NCBI RefSeq assembly: GCF_963921235.1
Contig: NC_086108.1
Coordinates: 28,460,001 to 28,524,000 of the forward strand
Origin: Mobula hypostoma
Lineage: Eukaryota
Reading direction: 5' to 3'
DNA: 64,000 nucleotides
The notes beneath the pieces were generated by a model. It was not told the origin of the DNA. It did not search any database and worked only from the letters and a program-made list of their open reading frames with translations. The stretch's first letter is position 1; every line of letters begins with the position of its first letter. The position numbers were made by a program, and so were the translations under genes. This document shows, piece after piece, positions 1-12,339 of this stretch.

Positions 1-870
1 TGGCCTTATTATGGCACAGGTAAAAATTATGAGATAGCAAAGCCTGAAGAATCTAGGCCGACAATTAGCTAGTAGCATTATTAGAATAAAGAATATCTCT
101 GCACTTCCTGAAATAAAATTCTAACAACCAAATCTAAAGTAAATGCTTAAATTGGAAAGAAAATTTAGGAATGGTTACTTAACTTTTTTATGTGTGTTTG
201 ACCTTTGAAGGAGAACTATATCCCATGGGCAGAGTTCTATTAAGTGATTTACCAATTAATTGAGATAGGTCAACTCATTACCCTGCCAGAATCACTGCAT
301 TTTACTGTGGTGTTTTGCTATCTTTTGGAGAGATGTGTAAGATGTGATATCAATGTTATTCCTTCTGTCATTTTCATCACATGACTGATGCAACATCAAA
401 CCACCAAGGAAATTGTACTTGCCACAGTAACAGGACTCCTACCAGATAGAGTTTGATCGCTGGTACTTTTTGATCTTGTGCACTTTTGAAGAAAATAAAT
501 CACAATAACTCTGATTATCTGTTAGTTGACTTGTTCGCACTTTTTCACAATTAAGTGTGAGGATAAACATAGAGGTTCGAGTCTTTGCCTGCAGACACGT
601 GGCTGCACTGGAAAATATCTACAGCTGCCCATCTTGATGGTTCTAGCGTACCTGAATCTGCACCATGTCACCTGTCTTGTAGTCATTGTTTCAAATTATT
701 ACCATTTGTAAATTTTGTACAGCTTAACAGTGCAGTAATGTTTGCGTATTTTGTTTTTCTGTAACTATTTATTGCCATGTGTCTTTGCAAAAATAAAGTG
801 GTGATTTAATTTGTATATGCCTCCAATGAACTTGGCATGAAATCTGTGAAGAAATCTAATAAAATAAACT
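1..870 (+). other. Putative distal 3' UTR of a convergent plus-strand gene (possibly LHX4 by synteny)
   Basis: Repeat-free AU-rich sequence ending in AATAAA at 792-797 and overlapping AATAAA pair at 858-868. In mammals ACBD6 lies tail-to-tail with LHX4. No coding exon is visible, so identity is inference only. Confidence 0.3.
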
Positions 871-2364
871 TCAATAAGGTTTATATGTTGGCGTGTCAAT
901 TTTTATATTTCCTTCAGATCACGTTACCAGTTGGTATTAAAACAGATAGCCATTGAGGCATGATTTTGACAATTATTCTCTGCTCTATGGGTGCAATTGT
1001 AATGGTTTGTAGTTGGTTCCAGCAGCTAGATATTTCCTTCAGTCAGCAACAAATACAATGGGATTTTTCGTATAGATACATGTAGATAGGTTGTGGGATT
1101 CTTCTTATTATGTCATGAACTACTATCAGTTCCCAACTTGAGTCCTTGCATCATTTTGAACAGCCTGCTGGATAAACATGCCACTTTTAATGTGTTTTCT
1201 AAGTCTGAGGGTTGTCAATAACATTTCACATTACCTTATCTTTGTCTTTGTGCATTCTTTGATTATCCACAGGAAATCAGAATGTACTGTTGAATTGAAG
1301 TTCCTGCTTAATGATAGTATGAAATTGTTAAACAGTCATTAAATAAGCTGATTTTAACACAGATAAGAACACCCAAGTGTTTACTGTCGATAATTATATC
1401 GACAGAATTTCTATCATCTTGAATTGATTTATCTTTTAATATTGTGCAAGTCATAAACTTTTCTGTTGTATTTATACTATTTTAGTAAAAACTTTATTTC
1501 TCAATCATGTTCTTAAAACCTTTGCTGCTGACAAAGCTAAGAGGCCCTAGGCTCCAGCCATTAATGGGCAAATATCAAGTAAGAACAGTAGGCCATTTTA
1601 AAAAGGTTTCTCTGCTCTGCATATAAATTCCAGCTTCACTCCATATCCACCCCCTCTTGCACCCCCGAAGTGTGATGGAACACCCAATGTACTAAAAATC
1701 GACATTATTTTTCTAACTTATCCTTATATTCTACATTCTTCTAGATTCAGCGGGTATTACTAAACAGGGAGAGCATTTAAGGTGTTATTCTTAAACCACT
1801 GCAGTGATAGATTGCAGTTAAATGCGAACTGGCAGCATATAAATAGTCTCTGCCAGACTAAAAGTCATACTAAACATCTGAAGTTCAGCTCTTCGAAAGT
1901 AGGTAATCTAAGAGACTATTCCCTATAGTACTGTTTGTTCTCTACAGCTCATTTCATTAAACATGTCACTCATCAACATGGGGGCGCGGGGAGGGGGGAG
2001 GTGGTTGTGGTTTGCAGGGTGCTGGGAAAGCGGAGTGAGCACATGCAAGAGTTGAACTATATTTCTAAAGTGACAAAGTTACTTTCAGCATTATTGTTCT
2101 AAGTACAGAGTGAATACAGCTGGCCAAGTGTCTTGGTAATGTGAAGATCATATAAAGGTGACTGCTTTCCATGGGTCCCTTAGGCAAGAGTTGATGGTTT
2201 GCATCAGAAATGCTGATCCATTTGTTTTGCTTGAAGGAAACGTTAGTAAGCAGATTTATTTATTAGGTTGAGACGGAGAATATGAAGTTAGGGGAGTAAG
2301 GGGAGTCAAGATAGTAACACTCTATGCTACCCCACAACATTGTGGTTTTTATTTATTGACATAC

Positions 2365-2632
2365 AGAATGGAATAGGCCCTTCTGGCCCTTCAAGCCGAA
2401 CTGCCCAGCAACCTTGCCCTCCACTCCCGATATTAATCCTAGCCTAATCCTGGGACAAGTTACATGAACCAATTAACCTACCAACCAGTACGTCTTAGGA
2501 CTGTGGGAGGAAACCCGAGCACCCAGAGGAAACCCACATGGTCAGGGGAGAATGTACAATCTGTTTACAGGCAGCAGCAGGGACTGAACCTGTATCGCTG
2601 GTACTGTGAAGCATTGTGCTGACTACCATGCC
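2365..2632 (-). mobile_element. HE1-like V-SINE, diverged
   Basis: Reverse complement contains the V-domain core (gtgggtttcctctgggtgctcgggtttcctcccacagtcc) and a CR1-like tail (gaagggcctattcca). Confidence 0.75.
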
Positions 2633-3889
2633 ATCACACACAGTGAGAGGGTACACCACTAGTTAGCACCTTTCTGGGCATCAACAGACTTGAAAAATAT
2701 GAGATGATGCCTGAGGACTTGGTTTCTGCTCAAGGAGTGAAGGACAAGGCTTCTCGTAGTATGTGAACTCCTGGAAAGGACATAAGGATGCTGACTAGCC
2801 TACTGTGCCTGCCTGTTCAATACTGTAGTATAACACAGTGTTGCTATCTAACTCCACATTCTCCATCCCAGCCAATTCCCTTAAGTATTTTAAATACCGT
2901 CAACAAACTTTCCCAAAGTGACGGCTCTGTTTGTTTCACCCTGTCCTGATAACGGTAAGCTCTCAAAAGAGGGATTCATTTAGCTTCAGACCACTGAAAA
3001 GTTTCTAAGTTGTTGCTCTGATGCTTTGATGTTGTTGGTTCAAACTCTTTGACATCATTCACAAACTCATTTTGAGTTTCTAGTTACCTTTGAGTGTCAA
3101 TACCACCATGATGTCACCCCTTTGGTTCTGGCGCTATGGAGGCATCCTGCAATGATCAGCTCCTCAGATTGGAATTTACTAGGGAGTGCTAGTAGGATTG
3201 CACCAAACTGCTAACATCTTCCCTTATATGTTTCCAAAGATATAATCAGAGAACTATGCTGCACAAAAAACAATCCCTTCAGCTCATCCACTGACCACCA
3301 GCTGCCTCTCTATACTATTACCTTTCACCGGAACTTGTTCAATAGCCTTCTCTGTTTTGGAGATTCAAGTCCATGTCCAAATGCTTCTTAAACATTCTGA
3401 GAGTACCTGCCTCCACTATCCTCTAGGCACTGTGTTTCAGATTTCAACCACACTTTGGGTGAAATGATTTATTCTCAGATCCCATCTAAATCTCTTCCTC
3501 ATCCTAAACCTAAGGCCTCTGACCTTGGACACCACTTCATGGGACAAAGTTCCTTACTTTCTCATAAAATTGTAGACCTCCAACATGATAGTCCTAAAAT
3601 TGCTGGCCACCCTTTCGCTGGTGGTTTTGTGGTCCAGTGTTAGAGTTATTGTGGAGCCCAGGTTTGCTGCAGTTCCCTAAGAGTTACATCAGGTATCTGC
3701 CTATTGAACCTAGTCAGACCTGTGCAGGAAAATGTCAGCCCATTTATGTATAAAGGCAGCTGTAAAAAGCAATACGTCTTTTGAAAACAAATTGTATTTG
3801 TAACCACTTTGAAATGATTAAGAATGTTTGTGTTTGAGATTTTTTAAATGCTTCGAATATTTTTTTTCTGAATATCAAGTTAGCTTCAG

Positions 3890-4080
3890 GCAAATGGTAC
3901 AAGTAATGAAATCACTGCCTCCCAGCTCCAGAGACCTCAGTTCAATCCTGATACCAGGTGCTATCTGTATGGAGTTTGCATGTTCTACCTGTGACTGTAC
4001 GGGTTTCCTCCAGGTGTTTTAGTTTCTTCCACATCCCAAGGACATGCAAGTTGCCGAGTTAATTGGCCACAATAAAGCAA
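3890..4080 (+). mobile_element. HE1-like V-SINE, diverged
   Basis: B-box-like gttcaatcc followed by tgtatggagtttgcatgttct...gggtttcctccaggtg...cccaaggacatgc. Confidence 0.75.
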
Positions 4081-4825
4081 TCTCGTATGTTTGTGAGTTG
4101 TAGAGAGTGGGAAAAGTTGATGGGAATGTGGGAAGAATTTTATAGGATTAATGTAAAATGTCAGAAAGTGGTTGATGTGGTCTTGATAGGGTGTGGAGAT
4201 GTATTTTACTGGTAGAATCAAAATGGTATTTTTGTATATAACAAAATGGAACCTGTATTGTACCAGAGTGCTTTACTAATGGTGTTCGTGCAACGTTATA
4301 TAGAAGGACCCTGAAAATACGACAAACTGCAGAAAGACAAGTGGATTTGGTTACTGGAAAAATGCCAAATATACTAAATAAACAGACTAACAGAATGCAC
4401 CCTGTTCCTGAACTGGTGCAGGTAGATAACATTTGTGTATAAGGGAGTGACTACACTGGTTTCAGCAAATAATATAAATGCACTTATGATTGATACATTC
4501 TGTGTTAATAGTTGTTTGTTATAAGTTGTAGCAGAAAAAGTGAACAAGGGTCCCCAAGATTCTACGTCACAAGTCTCAGTAACATAGCTGGTAGGCATGG
4601 CTTGGCTAATGGGGGGTTTTGGATCAATATTTAGAATCCAGACAGCTTGGGCAGCCAAGAGGACATCTTTAAGTCTGATCATGCTACATAGAATCACAGT
4701 TAGTGTAGGCAGCAAGTTCTGGTCCTTATCTTGGAATCAACAAAAGCAATTTGCAATTGTTAAGCACACCCAAATGCATTGATATCATGAGAACCTAGAT
4801 CAGACTGATAAGTTACTAAATAAAA

Positions 4826-5130
4826 TACTCTGCTGCAACATTGTGGAGGAACTCAGCTGGTCAGGCATCATCTCTGGAAATAAGTAAGCATTCGGCATTC
4901 TGGGCCGAGACCCTTCATCATGTGGCAATTCTCTGGAATGAACTGCCCAAGGAGGTGATAGAATGATGATTTCAATTTTTTAAAAAGTACTGGGCATGTA
5001 CCTGAATTGGAAGGGCATAGAAGGATATAGGCCCAAAGAAGGCAAAAGGAATTGGCATTGATGGTCATCATGGTCATCACAAAAGTTACAAAATGACTGG
5101 TTTCTCTTCTGTGTGCTCTATAGTTCTGTG
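4826..5130. mobile_element. Degenerate Penelope terminus (minus, ~4826-4921) abutting a CR1 3' end (plus, ~4922-5130)
   Basis: ggaggaactcagc...ggccgagacccttcatca matches the other Penelope tails; ctctggaatgaactgccc...gaaggatataggccc matches CR1 3' ends in this window. Confidence 0.6.
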
Positions 5131-5639
5131 ATGGTGCGAGGGAATTCCAGGAATGTGACTATGCACTAACAAGGGAATGCTGGATGACTGGGAGCCCAAA
5201 CAGATCAGTCACACAATTACTCTGGATACAAGACCTTCTCAGAGATTGGATATCCTGTGGAACTCACCAGTTGACATTGTAAAATTCTCCACCATATTCA
5301 AGGCACATGTTCAGCACGACATGCGAATGTAGTTCCAATATATCTCAATAAAGCTAAAACACCACCCAGGTCAATCAGGTCCTCCTTTGATTGTCTCCCC
5401 ATTCACCACCATAAGCTTCATTCCCTTCCCCACTAGTGTACTGTGTGTGTCATTCTCACTGCAACTCAGAAGCAGTCCATTCAGTCTATCACTTCTCTAC
5501 TGGCTCCTCATGGAGTAATTGCAGCTGCTCTATTCTCTCTAATTTTCCTCTCACTCTGCAATTTTTTTTTTGCTCTCACACTTGCACATCAACTTCCCTT
5601 TAACTCTTTTTGGCATCAACCTACACTGATGGGGGTTTT

Positions 5640-5822
5640 ACGGACACCAGTTAATTTCCCAGCTAATCTTTGGGATGTGTAGGAGAGGCAAAGTACCGGT
5701 GGAAAACCATGCAGTTACATGGAGACCATGCCAACTTCACACAGACAGCAACAGAGAACAGGATCAAATTTGGGACTCTGGGACCATCAGCCAGCAGTAC
5801 TGACTGCTGCACAGCCAAACTG
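5640..5822 (-). mobile_element. V-SINE, old
   Basis: ctttgggatgtg...ggaaaaccatgcagttac...aacttcacacagacagca is the reverse complement of the V-domain. Confidence 0.6.
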
Positions 5823-7714
5823 CCCGTCAGTGCCATTCATAAGATGCACTTCAGTTCTCACCTATAGGTACACCATCACTTATAGTGGGCCCTGCATGTC
5901 GCACACCACCCACCTGACTTGTGAATGCATCACAATCACTGACTGAATCAAAATACCTGAATTCCTGAGTATCTGCGCCGCAGGTATTGCAGGAATCTCT
6001 GGTCTTCTTGAGAACAGCTGGGATGGGCACTAACTCCTGGTCTTACCAGTGGCAGAAACGTTCTGAGCCATGACAGTATCAGGTGACCTGAAACTTTGGT
6101 GGAGTGTTACACCGATGATATTGCTACTGTCGACTCTCTTGGTGGTTGAGGTTAGTGGTAGATCAGTTACTGCAGACTATAAGGAACATGTCCTGCTGTT
6201 GTAGACACAGCAGTGATGCGTTGAAATTCCTGATCTTGGTGGGGGAAGATCTGCCCAAAGTATTGCCTTCGAGGCGATGAGGAGATAATTGGGGTTTCTC
6301 ATTAGTGCGGTTGCTCATTACTTGGCATTAATTGAAGGAATAAATATTTTGTCATTTGTTACCCTATGCTGAAGTGAGCTGCAAACTGAAGTACATATAT
6401 AAAAAAACATTTTAATCAGATCTGTCCTTGAGCGATTGGCTTAGCATTATAATCATTGAGTGTTGACGCTTGAAAGCTGTGTTCCATTCTAAGGGAAACT
6501 ACAGGCATGTGGTCATTATGCTAAAGAGTCTGTTAGTTACTTGACCCTCATAACCAGTGTGGATGCAAGGCAGCATTAGAGAAACACATATTTGCCAGAA
6601 ATGCTGACCTTTTACAATAACTAATGCCAAACGGTGGTCATTGGAAGATGTGAAAATCAAGGAATAAATGCAGCATACAAAATATTCTTGCTTAAAATGA
6701 ACATTTTAGATAAATCACATTTAAAATTAGCAGAGCTTTGGCACATGAACTTGCACAGAAATAGCGCTGCCACAGGCAGTATCATTTCATTTTCTAGATT
6801 TTAAAGTATTTAATACATCAGCATTAAGAGATTTCAATGAGTGGATTGTGTCAGCTTTTGCTTTGCTATATTTAACAAATATGCATCAAGCACTTTACCC
6901 ATCTCTAGTTAAGGATCAAAGCAATGTTTAAACATTATTTACTGGGATGTTTCGACAGGTTTTTGGAAAATAAAGCAGATTAAAAGATTTACAAGTGTTT
7001 TTGGCTAAGAGCCAGCCCCTCCAAATGGCCACAAAAATCATTCACAAATGCATTTGTGTCTGGAAAAATGACCCGGCTTTTACTAGGTGAAGTTGCTATC
7101 GTTTGTTTTTCAGCTCTTTGCATATTCTGTTCATTGAGTAAATTGCAAAGCAAAATCCTGCAGTGGCTGAAAATCAGAAATAAAAACAGACTCCAAGGGC
7201 ATGTGATCTTTGTGTGGAGATACGCCTCAGGTCACGCAGCTTCGATTGAGGGAGGAAAAGAATTACGTTCTAGCTCAACCAACTTTTATCAGCACAGATC
7301 ATTGTACTGAAACACTAGTACAAGTTGGGGAGAGGAGGAGAAGCACTTTAATTTCAGTTGGTCAACATGCTATTTAGGGAACAGACTTGGCATGAAGTCA
7401 CCATATCATACTGTACACTTGGACCCAGGTACAATCTTGAATGATGTTCACTGTCTTCTGCTTGTGCACTGATGTATATTTTTAAGCACGGACCTGCTTT
7501 TATTTGTGTGCCTATGCATATTCATACTGTGATATGCATTGGATAAAAGAATCAAGTAGAAAGTCTAATTTGTCGCAATGTAATATCAGTATTTTGAAGA
7601 CTCAATGTGAATAGATTCAATATTCTGTGTTGCAAATAAACTATAATCTCAAGCGTACATAAAGAACATAAGAAATAGGAGATTGCTAGAGACTTTACCA
7701 ATTTCTTCATGCCC

Positions 7715-8750
7715 TCTTTGGCCTCAGGTGTGGTCCTAGGGAACTGACAAGTGGCTAACGTTGTTCTATTATTCAAGAATGGAACTCGGATAATCCTGGA
7801 AACCACAGATGAGAGATTCTCACATCAGTGGTAGGGAAGTTACTGAAGAGAATTCTTAGATATAGGATTTATGAGCATTTGGAAAACCATGGCCTAATTA
7901 GGGAATGCTAGCATAGCTTTGTGCAGTGCAAGTCATGTGTTACTAATTTGATTGAATAACACAATCAATGTGTTACTCAACATTGATGGCGAGGTCATCA
8001 ATGGTGACGAGGATGATTGATGAAGGTAGAGCTATGGATGTTGTCTACATGGGTCTTAGTGAGGCATTTGACAAGGTCTCCCACGGGAGGCTCCAACAGA
8101 AGATTAAGATGCAGAGGATCCATAGTGAATTGGCAGTTTGGATTCAGAACTGGTTTGCCCATAGAAGACAGAGGGTAGTGTGTTTATTTGTGTACATAAT
8201 AAAGAGCTACAGTTCCTAGTTTTACCCATCTTTATTCAGAACAAACATAACAGGTAGTGTTCAAAGGGACTTATTCTAGCTGAAGGGTTAAGGTTAGTGG
8301 TGTTTAACAGTGATCTGTACTGGGATGTCTGCTGACCGTGATGAAAATGTAGATGAGGGGATGATACCAAGATCGTTAGAGTTATAGATAGTGTAGAAGA
8401 CTGTCAATGAACACAGTGGGATATAGATCAGTTACAGATATGGGCAGAGAAGTGGCAGATAGAGTTTAACCTGAACAAATGTGACATGTTGCACCTTGGT
8501 AGGTCAAATGTAAAGAGGCAGTACACTGTTAAGGACAAGACCTTTAAAAGTGTTGGCATGGAGAGGGATCTTAGAGTCCAAGTTCATTGCTCTAATTAAT
8601 AGTTCGGCACAAACTAGATTGGCCGAAGGGCCATTTTCTGTGCTATAGTGTTCTATGATTGTATGACTCCCTGAAAATAGTTATACAGGTTGGTAGGCTG
8701 GTTAAGAAGGTATATGGCATGCTTGTTTTTAACAGGTGAGGCATTGAGTT
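7715..8750 (+). mobile_element. CR1 LINE ORF2 (RT) fragment, decayed
   Basis: ORF 7968-8219 contains DEGRAMDVVYMGLSEAFDKVSHGRL, homologous to the CR1 RT at 41008-42399. Confidence 0.85.
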
Positions 8751-9767
8751 CAATAAGGTCATGGCTGATCTGGCCATAGATTCAAATCCACTTACCGGTC
8801 TTTTCCCCATAACCCTTAATTCCTCTGCTATTCAAAATTCTTAAATATATTTAATGAGATAGCCTCTACTCCTTCCCTGGGCAGAGGATTCCACAGATTC
8901 ACCAGTTTCTGGGAAAAGCAGCTTCTCCCCACCTCAGTCCTAAATCCATTCCCCCACATCTTGTGGCTATGACCGCTTGCTCTAGTCTCACCTATCAGTG
9001 GAAACAACTTTCTTGCCTCTATCTTGTCTATCCTTTTCATAATTTTATATAATTCTATAAGATCCCTTCTCATTCATCAGGATCCCAGCATGTATCGTTG
9101 TAGGTGGCTCAATCTCTCCTCACAGGCTAACTCCCTTATCTCCAGAATCAAACCTCGTGAGCCTCCTCTGTAGTGCCTCCAAAGTCAGTGTACCTTTCTT
9201 CAGGTAGAAAGATAGTACTCCACTGTGACCTCACAAGCTCAGTTGCAGCATTTACCTCCCAAAATTCAATCCCTCTAGCAATGAATGGCAACTTTCCATT
9301 TGCCGTCTTGACAACTTGTTGCACCTGCAAACCATCTTTTTGCAATTCATGCACTAGCACTTTCAAGTCCTTCTGCACAACAGCATGCTGCAATCTTTCA
9401 CTATTTGAATAATAATTCTATCTTCTATTCTCCCTTACAAAGTGGTTGACCTCGCATTTACCAGAACCCTTGGTCATTCATTTTATTTATCTAGATCTCT
9501 CTGCAGGTTCTCCACATCCTGTGCACAATTTGTTTTTCCACTCAATTTAGTCTCATCAGCAAACTTAGATATGGTGCTCTCAGCACACACTTCTAAATTG
9601 GTAATGTGAGTGGTGAACAGTTGCGGGCCCACCGACCCCTGACTGTCAAATATTTATGCCAACTCTCTGCTATCTATTCATCAATAAATCATGCTAAAAT
9701 ATGCTAAATCCATGCTAAAACATTAGCCCATGCCATGTATTGTTCTCTATGAATAAGTCTTTTCTGT

Positions 9768-11855
9768 CGCAGACACGAGGAAATCCGCAGATGCTGGAAA
9801 TTCAAGCAACACACACAAAATGCTGGTGAACGCAGCAGGCCAGGCAGCATCTCTAGGAAGAGGTACAGTCGACGTTTCGGGCCGGGACCCTTCGTCAGGA
9901 CTAACTGAAAGAAGAGCTAGAAAGAGATTTGAAAGTGGGAGGGGGAGGGGGAGATCCGAAATTATAGGAGAAATCAGGAGGGGAGGATGAATCTAAGAGC
10001 TGGAAAGTTGATTGACAAAAGGGATACGAGGCTGGAGAAGGGAGAGGATCATGGGACAGGAAGCCTGCGGAGAAAGAGAAGCGGGGAGTGGACCTCGGAG
10101 GGTGGAGAACGGGCAAGGAGTAAGTGAGAGGGACAGAGGGAGAAAAAAAGAGAGAGAGAAAAGAAAGGCAGAAAAAAATAAAAATCATATTAAAAAATAT
10201 ATTAAATAAATAAATAAGGGATGGGATGTGAAGGGGAGGAGGGGCATTAACGGAAGTTAGAGAAGTCAATATTCATGCCATCAGGTTGGAGGCTACCCAG
10301 ACGGCATACAAGGTGTTGTTCCTTCAAACCTGAGTGTGGCTTCATCTTTACAGTAGAGGAGGCCGTGGATAGACACATCAAAATGGGAATGGGACGTGGA
10401 ATTAAAATGTGTGGCCACTGGGAGATCTGGTGGACAGAGCGTGGGTGTTCAGCGAAAAGGTCTCACAGCCTGCGTCAGGTCTCGTGAATATATAGAAGGC
10501 CGCACCAGGAGAACCGGATGCAGTATATCACACCAGTCAACTCACAGGTGAAGTGTCGCCTCACCTGGAAGGACTGTCTGGGGCCCTGAATGGTGGTAAG
10601 GGAGGAAGTGTGAGGGCATGTGTAGCACTTGTTCCGCTTACAAGGATAAGTGCTGGGAGGGAGACCGGTGGGAAGAGAGGTGAGGTGGGAACAAATGGAC
10701 AAGGGAGTCGTGTAGGGAGCGATCCCTGCAGAAAGCAGAGAGGGGAGGGAGGGAAAGATGTGCTTAGTGGTGGGATCCCGTTGGATGTGGCGGAAGTTAT
10801 GGAGAATTATATGTTGGACCCAGAGACTGGTGGGGTGGTAGGTTAGGACAAGGGGAACCCTATTCCTAGTGGGGTGGTGGGAGGATGGAGTGAGAGCAGA
10901 TATGTGTGAAATGGGAGAGATGCATTTGAGAGCAGAGTTGATGGTGGAGGAAGGAAAGCCACTTTCTTTAAAAAAGGAGGACATCTCCTTTGTCCTAGAA
11001 TGAAAAGCCTCATCCTGAGAGCAGATGCGGCGGAGACGGAGGAATTGCGAGAAGGGGATGGCATTTTTGCAAGAGGTGGGGTGGGAAGAGGAATAGTACA
11101 GGTAGCTGTGAGAGTCCATAGGTATATAGTAGACATCTGTAGGTAAGCTGCCTCCAGAGATCGAGACAAAAAAATCAAGAAAGGGGAGGGAGGTGTCGGA
11201 AATGGACCAGGTAAACTTGAGGGCAGGGTGAAAGTTGGAGGGAAAGTTAATGAAGTCAGCAAGCTCAGCATGTGTGCAGTCGTCAATGTAGCAAAGGAAA
11301 AGAGAGGGACAGATACCAGTATAGGCTTGAAAAGCCACAAAGCCAACGAAAAGGCAGACATAGCTGGGACCCATACGGGTGCCCATGGCTACATCTTTAG
11401 TTTGGAGGAAGTGGGAGGAGCCAAAGGAGAAATTGTTAAGAGTAAGGACTAATTCCACTAGATGGAGGAGAATGGTGGTAGAGGGGAACAGGTTAGGTCT
11501 GGAATCCAAAAAGAAATGGAGAGCTTTGAGACCTTCCTGATGGGAGATGAAAGTATATAGGGACTGAACATCCATGGTGAAATTAAAGCAGTGGGGGCCA
11601 GGGAACTTAAAATCATTAAAAAGATTCAGAGCGTGAGAAGTGTCACGAATATAGGTAAGAGGGGATTGAACAAGCGGGGGGGGGGGATAAAACAGTGTCA
11701 AGGTATGCAGAAATAAGTTCGGTGGGGCAGGGGCAAGCTGAGGCAATGGGTCTACCTGGACAGGCAGGTTTGTGGATCTTGGGTAGGAGGTAGAAACAGG
11801 AAGTGCAGGGGTGTGGGAACTATAAGGTTGGTAGCAGTGGATGGGAGATCCCCAG
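9768..11855 (-). mobile_element. Penelope-like element (Neptune type), 5'-truncated: RT + Cys linker + GIY-YIG endonuclease + 3' tail
   Basis: ORF 10475-11983 has FTMDVQSLYT, AMGTRMGPSY, YIDD, SSSHPTSCKNAIPFSQFLRLRRICS, CKRNKCYTC and FTCELTGVIYCIRFSWCGLLYIHET. Short stretches of the conceptual protein appear frameshifted. Confidence 0.93.
9866..9903 (-). ncRNA. Minimal type I hammerhead ribozyme motif in Penelope tail
   Basis: Minus strand TAGTC-CTGACGA-A-GGG-TCCCGG-CCC-GAAAC-GTC-GACTG: intact core, stem I, stem II and a GUC cleavage triplet. Confidence 0.8.
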
Positions 11856-12339
11856 TATGGATAAGGTCTTTTATGTGGTACTTTATTGATGCCTTCTGGA
11901 AATCCAAGAACACAATATCCACCAGTTCCCTTCTTTGATTGTATAGCATGTCCTAAAGAATTTATGAAGATATTATACACCACAACTTGGAACTCCCAGT
12001 GTCCTCTTTTTAGACCCTGCCTTGTATAAAGTAGATAACTGTCTCAAAGCCGACAATTCAATTCCTCCCATGACTGCTGGTTATCAAATGCATTTCTTCC
12101 ATCGTTCTCAATTTGAGCCTGTCTCCTGCTCATCATATCTTTGGTTGATCCATGGCTCACCTTTAATGGTCTTCTGATTACTAGGTTTGTTGCTGAAACT
12201 GAGAAATTGGGGAATGTAAAATAAAAATGAGACCTTGTAGCTCCAGGGGCTTGTAACTAGGAGAAGAATGTAGATAATCTCCTAACTTCTTCAGCCCTTT
12301 ACCATTTCCACCTTTCATCTCCTTTCTTCTTATATCATT

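Larger units (their letters stand above)
8755..11960 (-). mobile_element. CR1 LINE 3' part (8755-9767 and ~11856-11960), split by a Penelope insertion
   Basis: ORFs 8828-9073 and 9148-9393 match the CR1 RT C-terminus; VDIVFLDFQKA resumes beyond 11856. Confidence 0.85.

Noticed and set aside
1979..2005. G-rich potential quadruplex
   Set aside because: Short and isolated; no CpG island or other promoter evidence.
10475..11983. 502-aa ORF as a domesticated gene
   Set aside because: Chimera of CR1 and Penelope sequence with off-frame stretches and a broken GIY-YIG end.
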